From: an uncultured Gemmatimonadales bacterium
GTDB taxonomy: Bacteria; Gemmatimonadota; Gemmatimonadetes; Gemmatimonadales; GWC2-71-9
Length of the DNA stretch: 64,000 nt
Assembly: GCA_963739455.1 (NCBI GenBank)
Contig: CAVUAK010000001.1
Coordinates: 384,001 to 448,000, forward strand
Direction of reading: 5' to 3'
Of the stretch, positions 29,993 through 39,449 are shown piece after piece; positions within the stretch are counted from its first letter, which is position 1, and each line of letters begins with the position of its first letter. The notes below the pieces were generated by a model. The model was given only the letters and a program-made list of their open reading frames with translations. It was not told the origin of the DNA and did no database searches. Both the position numbers and the translations under genes were made by a program.

Positions 29993-30790
29993 ATGAGCAA
30001 GAGACTCCCAGTCCTGTTGCTGGCCGCCGCGTCCCTGGCAGCGCCGGCCACCCTGGCGGCCCAGAAAACGGGCGACCAGACCCGGCTGGTGTTCACCGTG
30101 AGCGGCGGGTACGCATTCGGGCGGGACCTCTGGGCCGTCGGCTCGCAGCCGGTCTTTCTCGACGGGCTCGACCTGTACGGACTTCAGCGGAACCTGAAGG
30201 GAACCTGGACCGCGGAGCTCGGTGTCACCTACTACCGGAGCCCGACGCTCGGGTTCACGTTCGACCTGGGTTTCATCGACATCGCGACCGTGGATACCTG
30301 CAACCTGCTCAGCAACTCGGGCTCGATCAACAACGCCGCCGTTTGCAGCTCCATCAACGGCGCCACCAGCTCGGCGCTGTCCACCTCCATTGCCGCCGGC
30401 ATCATCCTCCGGGCCGCCAGCCGCCAGGTGATCTCACCCTATCTCCGCGTGCAGGGTGGCGTCCTTTTCGTCCCCCGCAGCACCACCGAGGTCACCGGCT
30501 ACTTCATCAATGCGGACGAGGAGCCGGTGTATGTCCCGATCTATCCCACCGAGGGGTCTTCTTCAGTGAGCCTGTCGCTGGCCCTCGGCGCGGGAGTCAC
30601 CATCCCGATCTCGAAGGCCTATCACATGCGCATCGAGGGACGGGCCAACACCTTCGGACTGCCGGTCGTCACCGGCCCGACCGATTTTCAGGGCATCGTT
30701 CCGCCCACCAAGACGCAGTACCTCACCCAGTTCAGCATCCTCGTCGGGATCGACCTCGTGCTCGAGAAGAAGCACGGGCGCCGCTATTGA
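29993..30790 (+). CDS. Secreted, probable outer-membrane beta-barrel protein
   Basis: Signal peptide MSKRLPVLLLAAASLAAPATLAA; amphipathic beta pattern (SPYLRVQGG, LGAGVTI). Confidence 0.65.
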   Translation: MSKRLPVLLLAAASLAAPATLAAQKTGDQTRLVFTVSGGYAFGRDLWAVGSQPVFLDGLDLYGLQRNLKGTWTAELGVTYYRSPTLGFTFDLGFIDIATVDTCNLLSNSGSINNAAVCSSINGATSSALSTSIAAGIILRAASRQVISPYLRVQGGVLFVPRSTTEVTGYFINADEEPVYVPIYPTEGSSSVSLSLALGAGVTIPISKAYHMRIEGRANTFGLPVVTGPTDFQGIVPPTKTQYLTQFSILVGIDLVLEKKHGRRY

Positions 30791-31435
30791 GCGTGCGAGG
30801 CGTCATCCTGGCCGGCGGCGGCGCTACCCGTTACGAGGGTCGGCCCAAGGGCCTCGAGATGGTCGGCGGCCGGCGCATCCTCGACCGCGTCGCCGATGAA
30901 CTGGCCGATGCCCTCGGTGCACCGCCGCTCCTTGTCGCCAACGCGCCCGACGCACAGGACTGGCGACCCGATCTCGAGGTTGTGGCCGACGACCGGGAGG
31001 GGCTGGGCGCCCTGGGGGGCATCTATACGGCAGTCCTGCGGGGGCCAGCACCCGTCGTGGTGGTCGCGTGGGACATGCCCTTCATGCAGGCCTCGCTGAT
31101 TCGCGCGCTCGCCCAGGGCCTCGATGGGGCCGACGCCTGCCTTCCCTCCAGCGGCGGCCCCCGTGGTGTCGAGCCGCTCTGCGCCGCCTATGGACCCGCG
31201 TGCCGCGCCGCGATCGAACAGGCGCTGGCTGCGGGTGACCTCCGGGCCATCGGCTTCCATCGTTTCATCAGGATCGGTATCCTCCCCATCGAGTCGGTCC
31301 AGGCAGCTTGTTGACCCTGCGACCGCCTTCTTCAACGTGAACACCGCGGACGATCTCGCGGAGGCGGAAGCGTCATGGCAGGCCCGCGCCTCATCTCGAT
31401 CATCGGGCGAAAGAACGCCGGCAAGACCACGCTGA
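30787..31435 (+). CDS. mobA: Molybdenum cofactor guanylyltransferase (frameshift near 31305)
   Basis: GVILAGG, GALGGI, AWDMPF and EPLCAAY; FFNVNT in a shifted frame. Confidence 0.9.
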
Positions 31436-31908
31436 CGGTGACGCTCGCCTCGGAGTTCGTGCGCCGGGGCAAGCGGGTCATGACCATCAAGCACGGTCAT
31501 GATAGCGCGAGCCTCGACACCGCCGGCACCGACAGCTGGCGTCACTACCACGAGGGCAAGGCGGAGCGCGTACTCCTTGCCGGGCCCGATGGTCGCGTGC
31601 TCTTCGACCGCACACCCGACCTGTATGACCCGGTGGCCCTCGCCCGGCAGTACCTCGCCGACGCCGACGTGATCCTGGTGGAAGGATTCAAGCGCGCACC
31701 GGTGCCGAAGATCGAGGTCTGGCGGCGGGAGGTGTCGCCTGCCCCGCTGTACAGCGAATCCGCACCCGACCGCGAACTCTGGGTGGCCCTCCTCACCGAC
31801 GACGAGGCATACCGCGCGACCTGCCGCGTCATCCACTTCCGCGACACCATGTGGCTCCACCTGCTGGCCACCCTCGCGTGGGACGAGGGCCTGGAGCTCG
31901 ACGGATGA
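31375..31908 (+). CDS. mobB: Molybdopterin-guanine dinucleotide biosynthesis protein B
   Basis: GRKNAGKTT, IKHGH, GTDSWRH, VEGFK and PKIEV. Confidence 0.93.
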   Translation: MAGPRLISIIGRKNAGKTTLTVTLASEFVRRGKRVMTIKHGHDSASLDTAGTDSWRHYHEGKAERVLLAGPDGRVLFDRTPDLYDPVALARQYLADADVILVEGFKRAPVPKIEVWRREVSPAPLYSESAPDRELWVALLTDDEAYRATCRVIHFRDTMWLHLLATLAWDEGLELDG

Positions 31909-33158
31909 CGGGACCGCTGGGCGCGCGTGACGCCGCGCTCCGCATTCTCGAGAATATCCGACCGCAGCCGGCCCTCAGGGTGCCACTCGACGATGCGCTG
32001 GGAAGCGTGCTGGCCCAGGACGTCGCAAGCCCGCTCGATATTCCGGCCTGGACCAACTCCGCCATGGATGGCTACGCGACGCGCGCCGTCGACGTCCGCG
32101 GCGCGTCGGACACGAGCCCTGTTCGCCTCCGGGTGGTCGAGGAGATTCCCGCCGGATACTTCCCATCACGCGCCATCGCGGCGGGAGAGTGCGCCCGCAT
32201 CTTCACCGGCGCTCCGCTGCCCGAGGGCTCCGATGGGGTCGTCCGCCAGGAGGATACCGACGAGGGCAGGGACGTTGTCACGATCTTCAAGGACCGGGAC
32301 GCCGGTGCCAACCTGCGCCACGTCGGCGAGGACATCCGTCGTGGCACCGTTGTGCTGCAGGGCGGCGCGTCGCTCGGCGCTGCGGAAGTGGGTGTGCTTG
32401 CGTCCCTCGCGGTGGCCCACCCGCTCGTGCATCGTCGCCCAAGGGTTGCGATCATGGGCAGCGGCGACGAGATCGTCGATGTCGACCAGCCCGAGGAGAT
32501 CCTGAGCGGCAGGAAGGTGGCCAGCTCGAATACCCACACCCTCATCGCCCTCGTTCGTCTTGCCGGTGGCGAGCCAGTCAACCTCGGCGTGGCCCGCGAC
32601 ACCCGCGAGAGCTTCCGCGAACACCTGGCGGCAGCGCGCGAAGCCGACCTCCTCGTCACCACGGCCGGGATCAGCGTCGGGGAGCACGACTTCGTCCGCC
32701 CGGTGCTCGAGGAAATGGGCGCCACCCAGAAGTTCTGGAAGCTGCGGATGCGGCCCGGCGCACCTGTCGGCTTCGGGCTCCTGGGCGATGTCCCCTGGAT
32801 CGGCCTTCCCGGCAACCCGGTCAGTACGATGGTGACCTTCGAGCTCTTCGTCCGCCCCGCCATCCGCAGGATGTGCGGTCACGCCCACCCGTTCCGGCGA
32901 AGCGTCCAGGTGACGATGGCCGAACCGGTCACGCTCAAGCCGCGCTTGCAGCACTTCCTCCGCGGCGTCGTGAGTGACGGTCCGGCAGGACCGGAGGCAA
33001 GGCTCACCGGACCCCAGGGATCGGGTATCCTGACATCGATGGTGAAGGCCAACGCACTGCTGGTGATCCCAGAAGGGCAGTTCGAGACGCCCGCGGGCTC
33101 GCAGGTCAGGGCGATCCTGCTCGATGACCCGCGCAATCAGTCGGAGCCGCCCTTCTAG
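31905..33158 (+). CDS. moeA: Molybdopterin molybdotransferase
   Basis: NSAMDGYA, IFTGAPLP, SGDEI, SVGEHD, MRPG and GLPGNPVS. Confidence 0.97.
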   Translation: MTGPLGARDAALRILENIRPQPALRVPLDDALGSVLAQDVASPLDIPAWTNSAMDGYATRAVDVRGASDTSPVRLRVVEEIPAGYFPSRAIAAGECARIFTGAPLPEGSDGVVRQEDTDEGRDVVTIFKDRDAGANLRHVGEDIRRGTVVLQGGASLGAAEVGVLASLAVAHPLVHRRPRVAIMGSGDEIVDVDQPEEILSGRKVASSNTHTLIALVRLAGGEPVNLGVARDTRESFREHLAAAREADLLVTTAGISVGEHDFVRPVLEEMGATQKFWKLRMRPGAPVGFGLLGDVPWIGLPGNPVSTMVTFELFVRPAIRRMCGHAHPFRRSVQVTMAEPVTLKPRLQHFLRGVVSDGPAGPEARLTGPQGSGILTSMVKANALLVIPEGQFETPAGSQVRAILLDDPRNQSEPPF

Positions 33159-33167
33159 TCGGAGCCA

Positions 33168-33192
33168 CCCGCCTACCCGCCCTACCCGCCTA
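33168..33192. repeat. Imperfect tandem octamer (CCCGCCTA)x3
   Basis: Read directly after the moeA stop codon; the middle unit has one extra C. Confidence 0.75.
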
Positions 33193-33266
33193 ACACAAAC
33201 TCCCAAAACCACTTACGGTCAGGTGTTTTCTCAGTGATCCCATCGTGACCGCCAGAAAGATCTTGT
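33191..33266 (+). promoter_or_regulatory. Putative SARP-activated promoter, copy 1
   Basis: TAACA-N15-ACTTA, GTG at 33223/33234/33245 (11 bp period), GATCTT at 33259; in register with 38759-38834. Confidence 0.5.
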
Positions 33267-33329
33267 CCTCCGTTCCTGCGTCGCAACACGGCGGCGCCGT
33301 ACCGAGGCCCAAGACCCTGGAGGTTCCAA

Positions 33330-33728
33330 ATGTTCCGCTCAACCCGCAACACCCTGTTCGCGTCGGTCGTCGCTACCACCCTGTTCCTTGCGGCCTGTGG
33401 GAGCGATGACAATGGCGGTCCGTCCAACCCGACGCCCGAGCCGACCGGCGAGAGCACCTTCCGGATGGTGAACGGGTCATCGATCTCGGCCTGGTACATC
33501 TACGTGCGGAGCTGCGGCGCCAGCAGCTGGGGAACCGATCGCCTCGGCAGCGAGGTCCTGTCGCCCGGCGAGTCGGCGACGCTGCACCTCTCCGCAGGAT
33601 GCTACGACGTACATGCGGTCTCGAGCTCGGAGAACAGCAAGGAAGCGTACTGGATGGGCCACCCGGTATCGGGCGACGTGACGACGATCTCGATCGCGAA
33701 CACCGACTGGGCCGCGCAAGCACAGTAG
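33330..33728 (+). CDS. Small lipoprotein with beta-sandwich-like domain
   Basis: GGAGG RBS, lipobox LAAC, WGTDRLGSEVLSPG and GCYDVHAV. Confidence 0.8.
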   Translation: MFRSTRNTLFASVVATTLFLAACGSDDNGGPSNPTPEPTGESTFRMVNGSSISAWYIYVRSCGASSWGTDRLGSEVLSPGESATLHLSAGCYDVHAVSSSENSKEAYWMGHPVSGDVTTISIANTDWAAQAQ

Positions 33729-33797
33729 GCATGGTCGGGCGCGCGGACATGAGGCAGAAGTGGCCGCGCGCCACGCGAGGCGGTATATTTCAGGCTC

Positions 33798-33912
33798 AAG
33801 AAGGGGAGTAGTTCGTCCGCGCAAAAGCGGATGCCGGTATCGTCAAGACTGTCCGCCTCGGCGGGCACGGACCGGCAGGAAGCCCAGTTGGCTTCAGAGC
33901 GAGACCTTCGTC
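33798..33912 (+). ncRNA. yybP-ykoY manganese riboswitch
   Basis: Signature AAGGGGAGTAG...TCGTCA...GCGAGACCTT, upstream of an operon encoding a TerC-family protein. Confidence 0.9.
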
Positions 33913-33953
33913 CACGCTGCAGGGCGGGCGGACGAAGTCTCGCTCTGTTTTTT
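33896..33953 (+). terminator. Riboswitch expression-platform intrinsic terminator
   Basis: AGAGCGAGAC(C)TTCGTCC/GGACGAAGTCTCGCTCT stem plus GTTTTTTT; the 5' arm overlaps the 3' strand of the aptamer. Confidence 0.85.
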
Positions 33954-33982
33954 TGGCGGCCTCGGCGCCGCAGGAGCCGGAA

Positions 33983-34822
33983 GTGAACAACCTCAGGACC
34001 TTCGTGCTGCTGGCCGGGCTCGTGTCGCTCTGTGTTCTGGCGGGCCAGCTTCTCGGGGGCTCGCAGGGCCTACTACTCGGACTCGCGCTCGGTGGACTCA
34101 TGAGCGTGGGGTCTTACTTCTTTTCCGACCGCCTCGTGCTGCGCATGTACCGCGCGAAGATCGTCACGGCCGAGGAGGCACCGGAGCTCCATGCCATGCT
34201 GGACCGCCTTCGGCAGCGGGCCGGCCTGCCCATGCCCCGGGTGGCCATCACGCCCGACGAGCAGCCGAACGCCTTCGCGACCGGCCGGGGCCCGTCGCAC
34301 GCCGTGGTGGCCGTCACCCGCGGCATCCTCAAGTACATGCCGTCCGACGAACTCGAGGGCGTGCTCGCCCACGAACTCGCGCACGTGAAGAACCGCGACA
34401 TGCTCATTTCCACGGTGGCTGCCGTGATTGCGGGAGCCCTGTCGAACCTCCCGTACATGCTGATGTTCGGTGGCAGTCGCGATGATGACGACACGCACCC
34501 GATGGCACGTCTGGCACTCATGCTGCTGGCACCTGTCGGCGCCGTGATCCTGCAGTTCGCCATCTCGCGCCAGCGCGAGTTCGAGGCCGATCGCGTCGGT
34601 GCCGAGATCATGGGCCGGCCCATGCCGCTCGCCAATGCACTGCGGCGCCTCGACCGGCTGGCGCATGAAATCCCGATGAACATCGCCCCCGCGGCGGCCA
34701 CGCTGGCCATTGTGAACCCGCTCGCCGCCTTCGGTGGCGCGATGTCGTCGTTGTTCAGCACCCATCCGCCCACGGAAGCCCGTGTCGAGCGGCTTGAGGG
34801 GATGGTCCGGTTGCCCGCGTGA
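33983..34822 (+). CDS. htpX: HtpX-family M48 membrane metalloprotease
   Basis: PNAFATGR, AHELAH, ISRQREFEAD and STHPP. Confidence 0.92.
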   Translation: MNNLRTFVLLAGLVSLCVLAGQLLGGSQGLLLGLALGGLMSVGSYFFSDRLVLRMYRAKIVTAEEAPELHAMLDRLRQRAGLPMPRVAITPDEQPNAFATGRGPSHAVVAVTRGILKYMPSDELEGVLAHELAHVKNRDMLISTVAAVIAGALSNLPYMLMFGGSRDDDDTHPMARLALMLLAPVGAVILQFAISRQREFEADRVGAEIMGRPMPLANALRRLDRLAHEIPMNIAPAAATLAIVNPLAAFGGAMSSLFSTHPPTEARVERLEGMVRLPA

Positions 34823-35754
34823 TCACGCATTCGCCGGTAGTGTGGATCGGCTTCACTGCCCTGGTCGTGACCCTCCTGGTCATCGACCTGGGGGTGCTGA
34901 ACCGGCGGGGCCATGTCCTCACCGTGAAGGAGGCGTCGGCGTGGAGCGCGGGGCTCGTGGCCCTGGCATGCCTCTTCGGCGGGTTCATCTGGTGGCGCGA
35001 GGGGCCACAGCTCGGCCTCGAGTACTTCACCGGCTACTTGATCGAGCTGTCCCTGTCGGTCGACAACCTCTTCGTGTTCATCCTGATCTTCCAGTACTTC
35101 GGCGTCCCGCCGGTCGCACAGCCCAAGGTGCTCAAGTGGGGCATTCTCGGTGCGATCGCCATGCGCGCCATCATGATCGCGCTGGGCGCCGTGCTGCTCG
35201 CCAGGTACCACTGGATCATCTACATCTTCGGTGCAATCCTGGTGTTCACCGGGGTACGGATGCTCACCGCCGCCGAGGCCGAGATCGAGCCGGAGAAGAA
35301 CCCGCTCGTGCGCGCGGCCCGGAAGCTCCTGCCCATCACGCCGGGGTACGACGGCGACCGCTTCACCTGCGACACAATCACCGGCCAGCGCATCTTCACG
35401 CCGCTGATCCTGGTGGTGCTGGTGGTGGAGTGGAGCGACCTCGTCTTCGCCATCGACAGCATTCCCGCCATCTTCGCGGTCACGAAGGATCCGTTCATCG
35501 TCTACAGCTCGAACGTCTTCGCCATCCTCGGCCTCCGGGCCCTCTTCTTCGTGCTGGCGGGGGCGTTGGACAAGTTCCAGTACCTCAAGGTGGGCGTGGC
35601 GCTCATCCTCGTGTTCATCGGCATCAAGATGGCGGTCAGTGGGTTCTTCGTGCTGCCGACGCCGGTGGCGCTCGGCGTCATCGTGCTGTTGCTGGGAGTG
35701 TCGGTGGCCGCCTCACTCCTCCGGAGCCGGCGGGACGCACTCGCCGGGAGCTGA
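34819..35754 (+). CDS. TerC-family (Alx-like) membrane protein, probable Mn export/metalation
   Basis: GYLIELSLSVDNLFVF, DLVFAIDSIPAIFAVT and SNVFAILGLR. Confidence 0.93.
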   Translation: MITHSPVVWIGFTALVVTLLVIDLGVLNRRGHVLTVKEASAWSAGLVALACLFGGFIWWREGPQLGLEYFTGYLIELSLSVDNLFVFILIFQYFGVPPVAQPKVLKWGILGAIAMRAIMIALGAVLLARYHWIIYIFGAILVFTGVRMLTAAEAEIEPEKNPLVRAARKLLPITPGYDGDRFTCDTITGQRIFTPLILVVLVVEWSDLVFAIDSIPAIFAVTKDPFIVYSSNVFAILGLRALFFVLAGALDKFQYLKVGVALILVFIGIKMAVSGFFVLPTPVALGVIVLLLGVSVAASLLRSRRDALAGS

Positions 35755-35763
35755 GCACCGTCA

Positions 35764-38709
35764 CTAGTGCGCCATGGCTCGTTCCTTCGCCGCTTCCACG
35801 CGCGGCGCCAGCACCGGGTCGGCGTCCTTCCATCCCTCGGCCACCCGCGTCCAGTGCACGCGGGCACTGTCGGCGTCGCCTGCCGCTTCCCACGCAGTAG
35901 CCAACGCCGCGTGCAACTCTGTTTGCGTCGTGTACAACCCGCCCCCGGCGCGGTACCCCCGAAAGAGCGCCTGCACCACCGGCACCGCCTCGCGAGGACG
36001 CCCTGCTGCTACCAGGACACGCGCGAGGGTGAGGTCGAGCGTCTGCAGTCCGGTGATGGGCGAGTGCGCCACCGAGCGCAGCAGCGCGGCGGACTCATCG
36101 TACTTCCCGCTCGCCTCCAGCTGTAGCGCGCGGACGTACGCCGGCAGTGAGCGTCCGCGCTGCATCGGAGACGCATCCGCCAGTGCCTCGGCCGAGTCGG
36201 CGAGACGACGCAGCATCACGGTGTCGCCTTCGCTGGCATGGACGGTCGCTCGCTGCACCAGCGACCACATCCGCACGCGATCCTTCGTCGGGGGCGTCTC
36301 GCGGGGATCCAGCAGCCGCGTGGTCGAGTCGAACGCGATGATGGCCTCGCGCGGGCGCCCCGACTCGAACAGCGTCTGCCCTGCGAGCAGCGTGCTGCCG
36401 CGCTCATTCAGTCGCTCTGCGGGCGTGCCCGCGAAGGCCGCATGACCGCGCGCAAGCGCCTTGAGGGCCTCGCTGAAGCGTCCCTGCGCCCGGAGTGATA
36501 TCGCGAGCTGGAACGCCGCCTCCCACCGGTCGGTGATGGCGGCATCGGACAGGTGTGCCTCGAGGATCGAGTCGCTGCGGCGATAGTCCTCGGCCCGCAT
36601 CGCGATGACCGACGCGGTGAGGAATTGGGTGGTCCCGTCGAGGCCCCGGCTCGCGGCCTGCGCCAGCGCCGCAGTGGACTCCGGGATCCGGCCCTGCAGC
36701 TGCAGCACGTCGGCCAGCACCGAATAGGGAACCGGCGCGCCTGGCTGGCTCGCGATCCAGCGACGGGCCGTCTTTTCGGCTGCAGGGAGTGAATCGAGCG
36801 AGAGGTAACTGTAGATCAGCGCCCCGTACGCTTCACACGCGAGGCATGCTGCGCTGCTGCCCTTGAGGCCGAGCGAGTCCATGGTGATGACCCGCAGGAA
36901 CATCGGCACCGCCGCCGAGTACTGCTGCGTCCGTACCAGCGCCTGGCCATACCACAGGTGCCCCGCCACCTCGGCGGGATAATTCACCGACAGCGTCTCG
37001 GCCACGGCGCGAAACGATGGGTCGTCCTGGTAGAAGGCCCACGCAGAGCGAATGGTGAGGCCCTCGCGCGCCGGTGCCGAAGAGCTCAGCCGACGGGCGC
37101 GCTCCATCGCATCGAGCAGGCGGGCCAGGTCGGGCTCGGTGCGCGCCAGGTAGAACTGGGCCATGGCGAATGTGGAGTCCTCCTTGACCGCCGACCCGAA
37201 CAGCTGTCGGGCCCCCTCCTTGTCTCCCTTGTAGAACGCCCGCAGCCCGGCCGCATACGCAGTGTATGCAGCCTCGGATCGGGTACTCACGTCCGAGAGT
37301 GACCCCTCCGGCGCGGGGCCCCCCACCAGTGATGCGAGCTCGCGGGTGCCGCTGTCGGCCAGCGCAAAGAGATCCACTCCCGCGATGGCGTGCGCGTCAC
37401 GCACGTTGCCGCTGGCGAGGTCCACTCGCCTCAGGTCAAGACGGAAGCGCCCCGGGGCCACCTCGTACAGCGCGCCGTCGATCACTTCCGATGCCCCGGC
37501 GACGCGCGCGGCACGCGACACCGCCGATGAGGAGGTATCCCCCTCACGGGCAAACTGGGCCACCAGTTCCAGCATGCGGCTCGTGCTCACCACCTCGAGC
37601 CCTGGCACGCGCGCCAGGTTGGTGGCGAGCATGTCGCCCAGCGGTGCCGATCGGTCACCCGAGGCGCCCCTGGTGTAGTCTACGATCCGCCCGACGGCGA
37701 GCACCGGCAAGGCGCCAGGCTTCCGTGATCGCGATGGCGCGTCACGCATGCTGGCCGCAAGCACCAGCGCGGCAACCGCGGCGGCGGCCGCTGCCCACCA
37801 CACCGCTTTCGACTTGGGGCCACTGCCGGCGGACGCGAGGGCTGGTGCGTGGCGCCGGGGCGAGCCGGGCGGTAACGCGACAGCCGCCCACCCCGAGGTG
37901 ACCGTGATCGCACCGGCGTCCTGTCCCTCCACCACGGCGGCAGGCACGGGGACGGGAGTGGGTGCTGGAATGACCCCGTCGGGTACCGCTGGCCGCAGCT
38001 CGCCGCGACGGATACTGTCGGCGAGTGCACCGATGCGCGGATCCGGTGCCACGCCAAGCTCCGCCTCGTAGAACGCCGCGAATATCTCGGACTGACGCAG
38101 TGCCCCCGCCTCGTCACCCGCTGCCGCCTGCGCCCGCATCAGTCCCTCGACACTCCGCGCGTTCAGCGGATCGAGCGCCGCCAGTCGCCGCCACCAGGGA
38201 ACTGCGCCCGCGGGATCCTTCCGCTCCGTTGCCCGTTTCGCGAGCGTCTCCAGCAGTTCGGCGTAGTCGTGCGCCAGTGCCGCGCGCTCCGACTCCATCC
38301 AGCGCTCGAATTCCGGTACTCCCGGGAGGTTGAACCCGCTGAGGAACGGCCCGCCCCAGCGTTCTGCCGCCGCCTCGAACCGCCCGGCCGAGCGCTCCTC
38401 GGTGAACAACCTCACATCCGAGTCGACCAGGGCATTGTCCAGCCGGAGGTCCCGGTTCCCGGTAATCGCGTCCTCGCTGCCAAGGTCCTGCCTGAGGGCG
38501 TACAGCGCCTGGTTGAGGCCCCGCCGGGCCCGCTCTTCGTCCGCTTCGGGCCACAGCATGGCGAGCAGGTTGTCGCGACTGACCCCGCGGTCCCCGGCAC
38601 GGGCGAGCACCGCAAGGATCGCGAGTCGGCGCGGCTGCTGGGCAGCACCCGACAGGGCGCGGACGCCGTCGTACACCACCAATCCGCCGAGCGTCTTGAT
38701 GAGCAGCAC
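35764..38709 (-). CDS. Transmembrane SARP/BTAD regulator with large TPR-rich C-terminal domain (paralog A)
   Basis: QPRRLAILAVL, LWPE, LNQALYALR, PEFERW, LDPLN, ELGVAP; TM VWWAAAAAAVAALVLAA; ends WKDADP. Confidence 0.88.
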   Translation of the reverse strand: MLLIKTLGGLVVYDGVRALSGAAQQPRRLAILAVLARAGDRGVSRDNLLAMLWPEADEERARRGLNQALYALRQDLGSEDAITGNRDLRLDNALVDSDVRLFTEERSAGRFEAAAERWGGPFLSGFNLPGVPEFERWMESERAALAHDYAELLETLAKRATERKDPAGAVPWWRRLAALDPLNARSVEGLMRAQAAAGDEAGALRQSEIFAAFYEAELGVAPDPRIGALADSIRRGELRPAVPDGVIPAPTPVPVPAAVVEGQDAGAITVTSGWAAVALPPGSPRRHAPALASAGSGPKSKAVWWAAAAAAVAALVLAASMRDAPSRSRKPGALPVLAVGRIVDYTRGASGDRSAPLGDMLATNLARVPGLEVVSTSRMLELVAQFAREGDTSSSAVSRAARVAGASEVIDGALYEVAPGRFRLDLRRVDLASGNVRDAHAIAGVDLFALADSGTRELASLVGGPAPEGSLSDVSTRSEAAYTAYAAGLRAFYKGDKEGARQLFGSAVKEDSTFAMAQFYLARTEPDLARLLDAMERARRLSSSAPAREGLTIRSAWAFYQDDPSFRAVAETLSVNYPAEVAGHLWYGQALVRTQQYSAAVPMFLRVITMDSLGLKGSSAACLACEAYGALIYSYLSLDSLPAAEKTARRWIASQPGAPVPYSVLADVLQLQGRIPESTAALAQAASRGLDGTTQFLTASVIAMRAEDYRRSDSILEAHLSDAAITDRWEAAFQLAISLRAQGRFSEALKALARGHAAFAGTPAERLNERGSTLLAGQTLFESGRPREAIIAFDSTTRLLDPRETPPTKDRVRMWSLVQRATVHASEGDTVMLRRLADSAEALADASPMQRGRSLPAYVRALQLEASGKYDESAALLRSVAHSPITGLQTLDLTLARVLVAAGRPREAVPVVQALFRGYRAGGGLYTTQTELHAALATAWEAAGDADSARVHWTRVAEGWKDADPVLAPRVEAAKERAMAH

Positions 38710-38758
38710 GAAATCAGGAGCCTTTGAGTGGGTCGCGCGAGTGCCTGAACATGCCAGC

Positions 38759-38834
38759 CAAGTTGTTCAATCGCAAGAATTTGGCGCGAGGTGACTTCCG
38801 GGTGATTCGGGTGTGGCTATCGGTCCTAGCTTGT
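38759..38834 (+). promoter_or_regulatory. Putative SARP-activated promoter, copy 2
   Basis: CAAGT-N15-ATTTG, GTG at 38791/38802/38813, TAGCTT at 38827. Confidence 0.5.
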
Positions 38835-38892
38835 GCTCCGAGTCGAGTGGCCAGCCCGGCCACGGCCGCAAACCCGAACGACAGGAGGCACC

Positions 38893-39444
38893 ATGTTCAA
38901 CCTGACCCATTCCGCGATGTGCGCACTGGTCCTGGCCAGCGCCCCATTCTCCGGACCCGACAGTTCCGACTTCGCATTCAGCGTTCGGGGCGGCGTCACC
39001 CTCGTGGCCACGGGAATGGCTCGCTTCGGCGTGGTGAACGGGGACCACCAGAATCCGCCGTTCTTCTCACTGTCGCTGGGCGGTCCCGACGGCAACGGCG
39101 CGCTGATCCTGAGCCGCGCCAAGGCAGAGATGCCGATGGCCGGTCACTACTCGGTCGCGACGTGGGACGCGCGCGACGCGAAGGGCAGCACCTTCCAGGC
39201 GCTCTTCGTGGCCGGTACGCCGAGCCAGCCCGAGGGCGTGTTCTGGGGTGAGTCGGGCACCGTGACGATCCGTCACACCAGCCCTGGCCGCATCGAGGGG
39301 GTGTTCACCATCAAGGCGCGCGGCTTCCGGGCGACCGACCCCGACCGTGAGGACGTGACGGTGACCATCCATGGCACGTTCACCGCAAACGGTGAGCAGG
39401 TCATGGCCCAGGTGACCTCGATGGAACCGGCGAGCTCGATGTGA
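38893..39444 (+). CDS. Secreted beta-rich hypothetical protein
   Basis: AGGAGG RBS; signal-like MFNLTHSAMCALVLASA; SGTVTI...GRIEGVFTIKARG. Confidence 0.75.
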   Translation: MFNLTHSAMCALVLASAPFSGPDSSDFAFSVRGGVTLVATGMARFGVVNGDHQNPPFFSLSLGGPDGNGALILSRAKAEMPMAGHYSVATWDARDAKGSTFQALFVAGTPSQPEGVFWGESGTVTIRHTSPGRIEGVFTIKARGFRATDPDREDVTVTIHGTFTANGEQVMAQVTSMEPASSM

Positions 39445-39449
39445 GCAGG

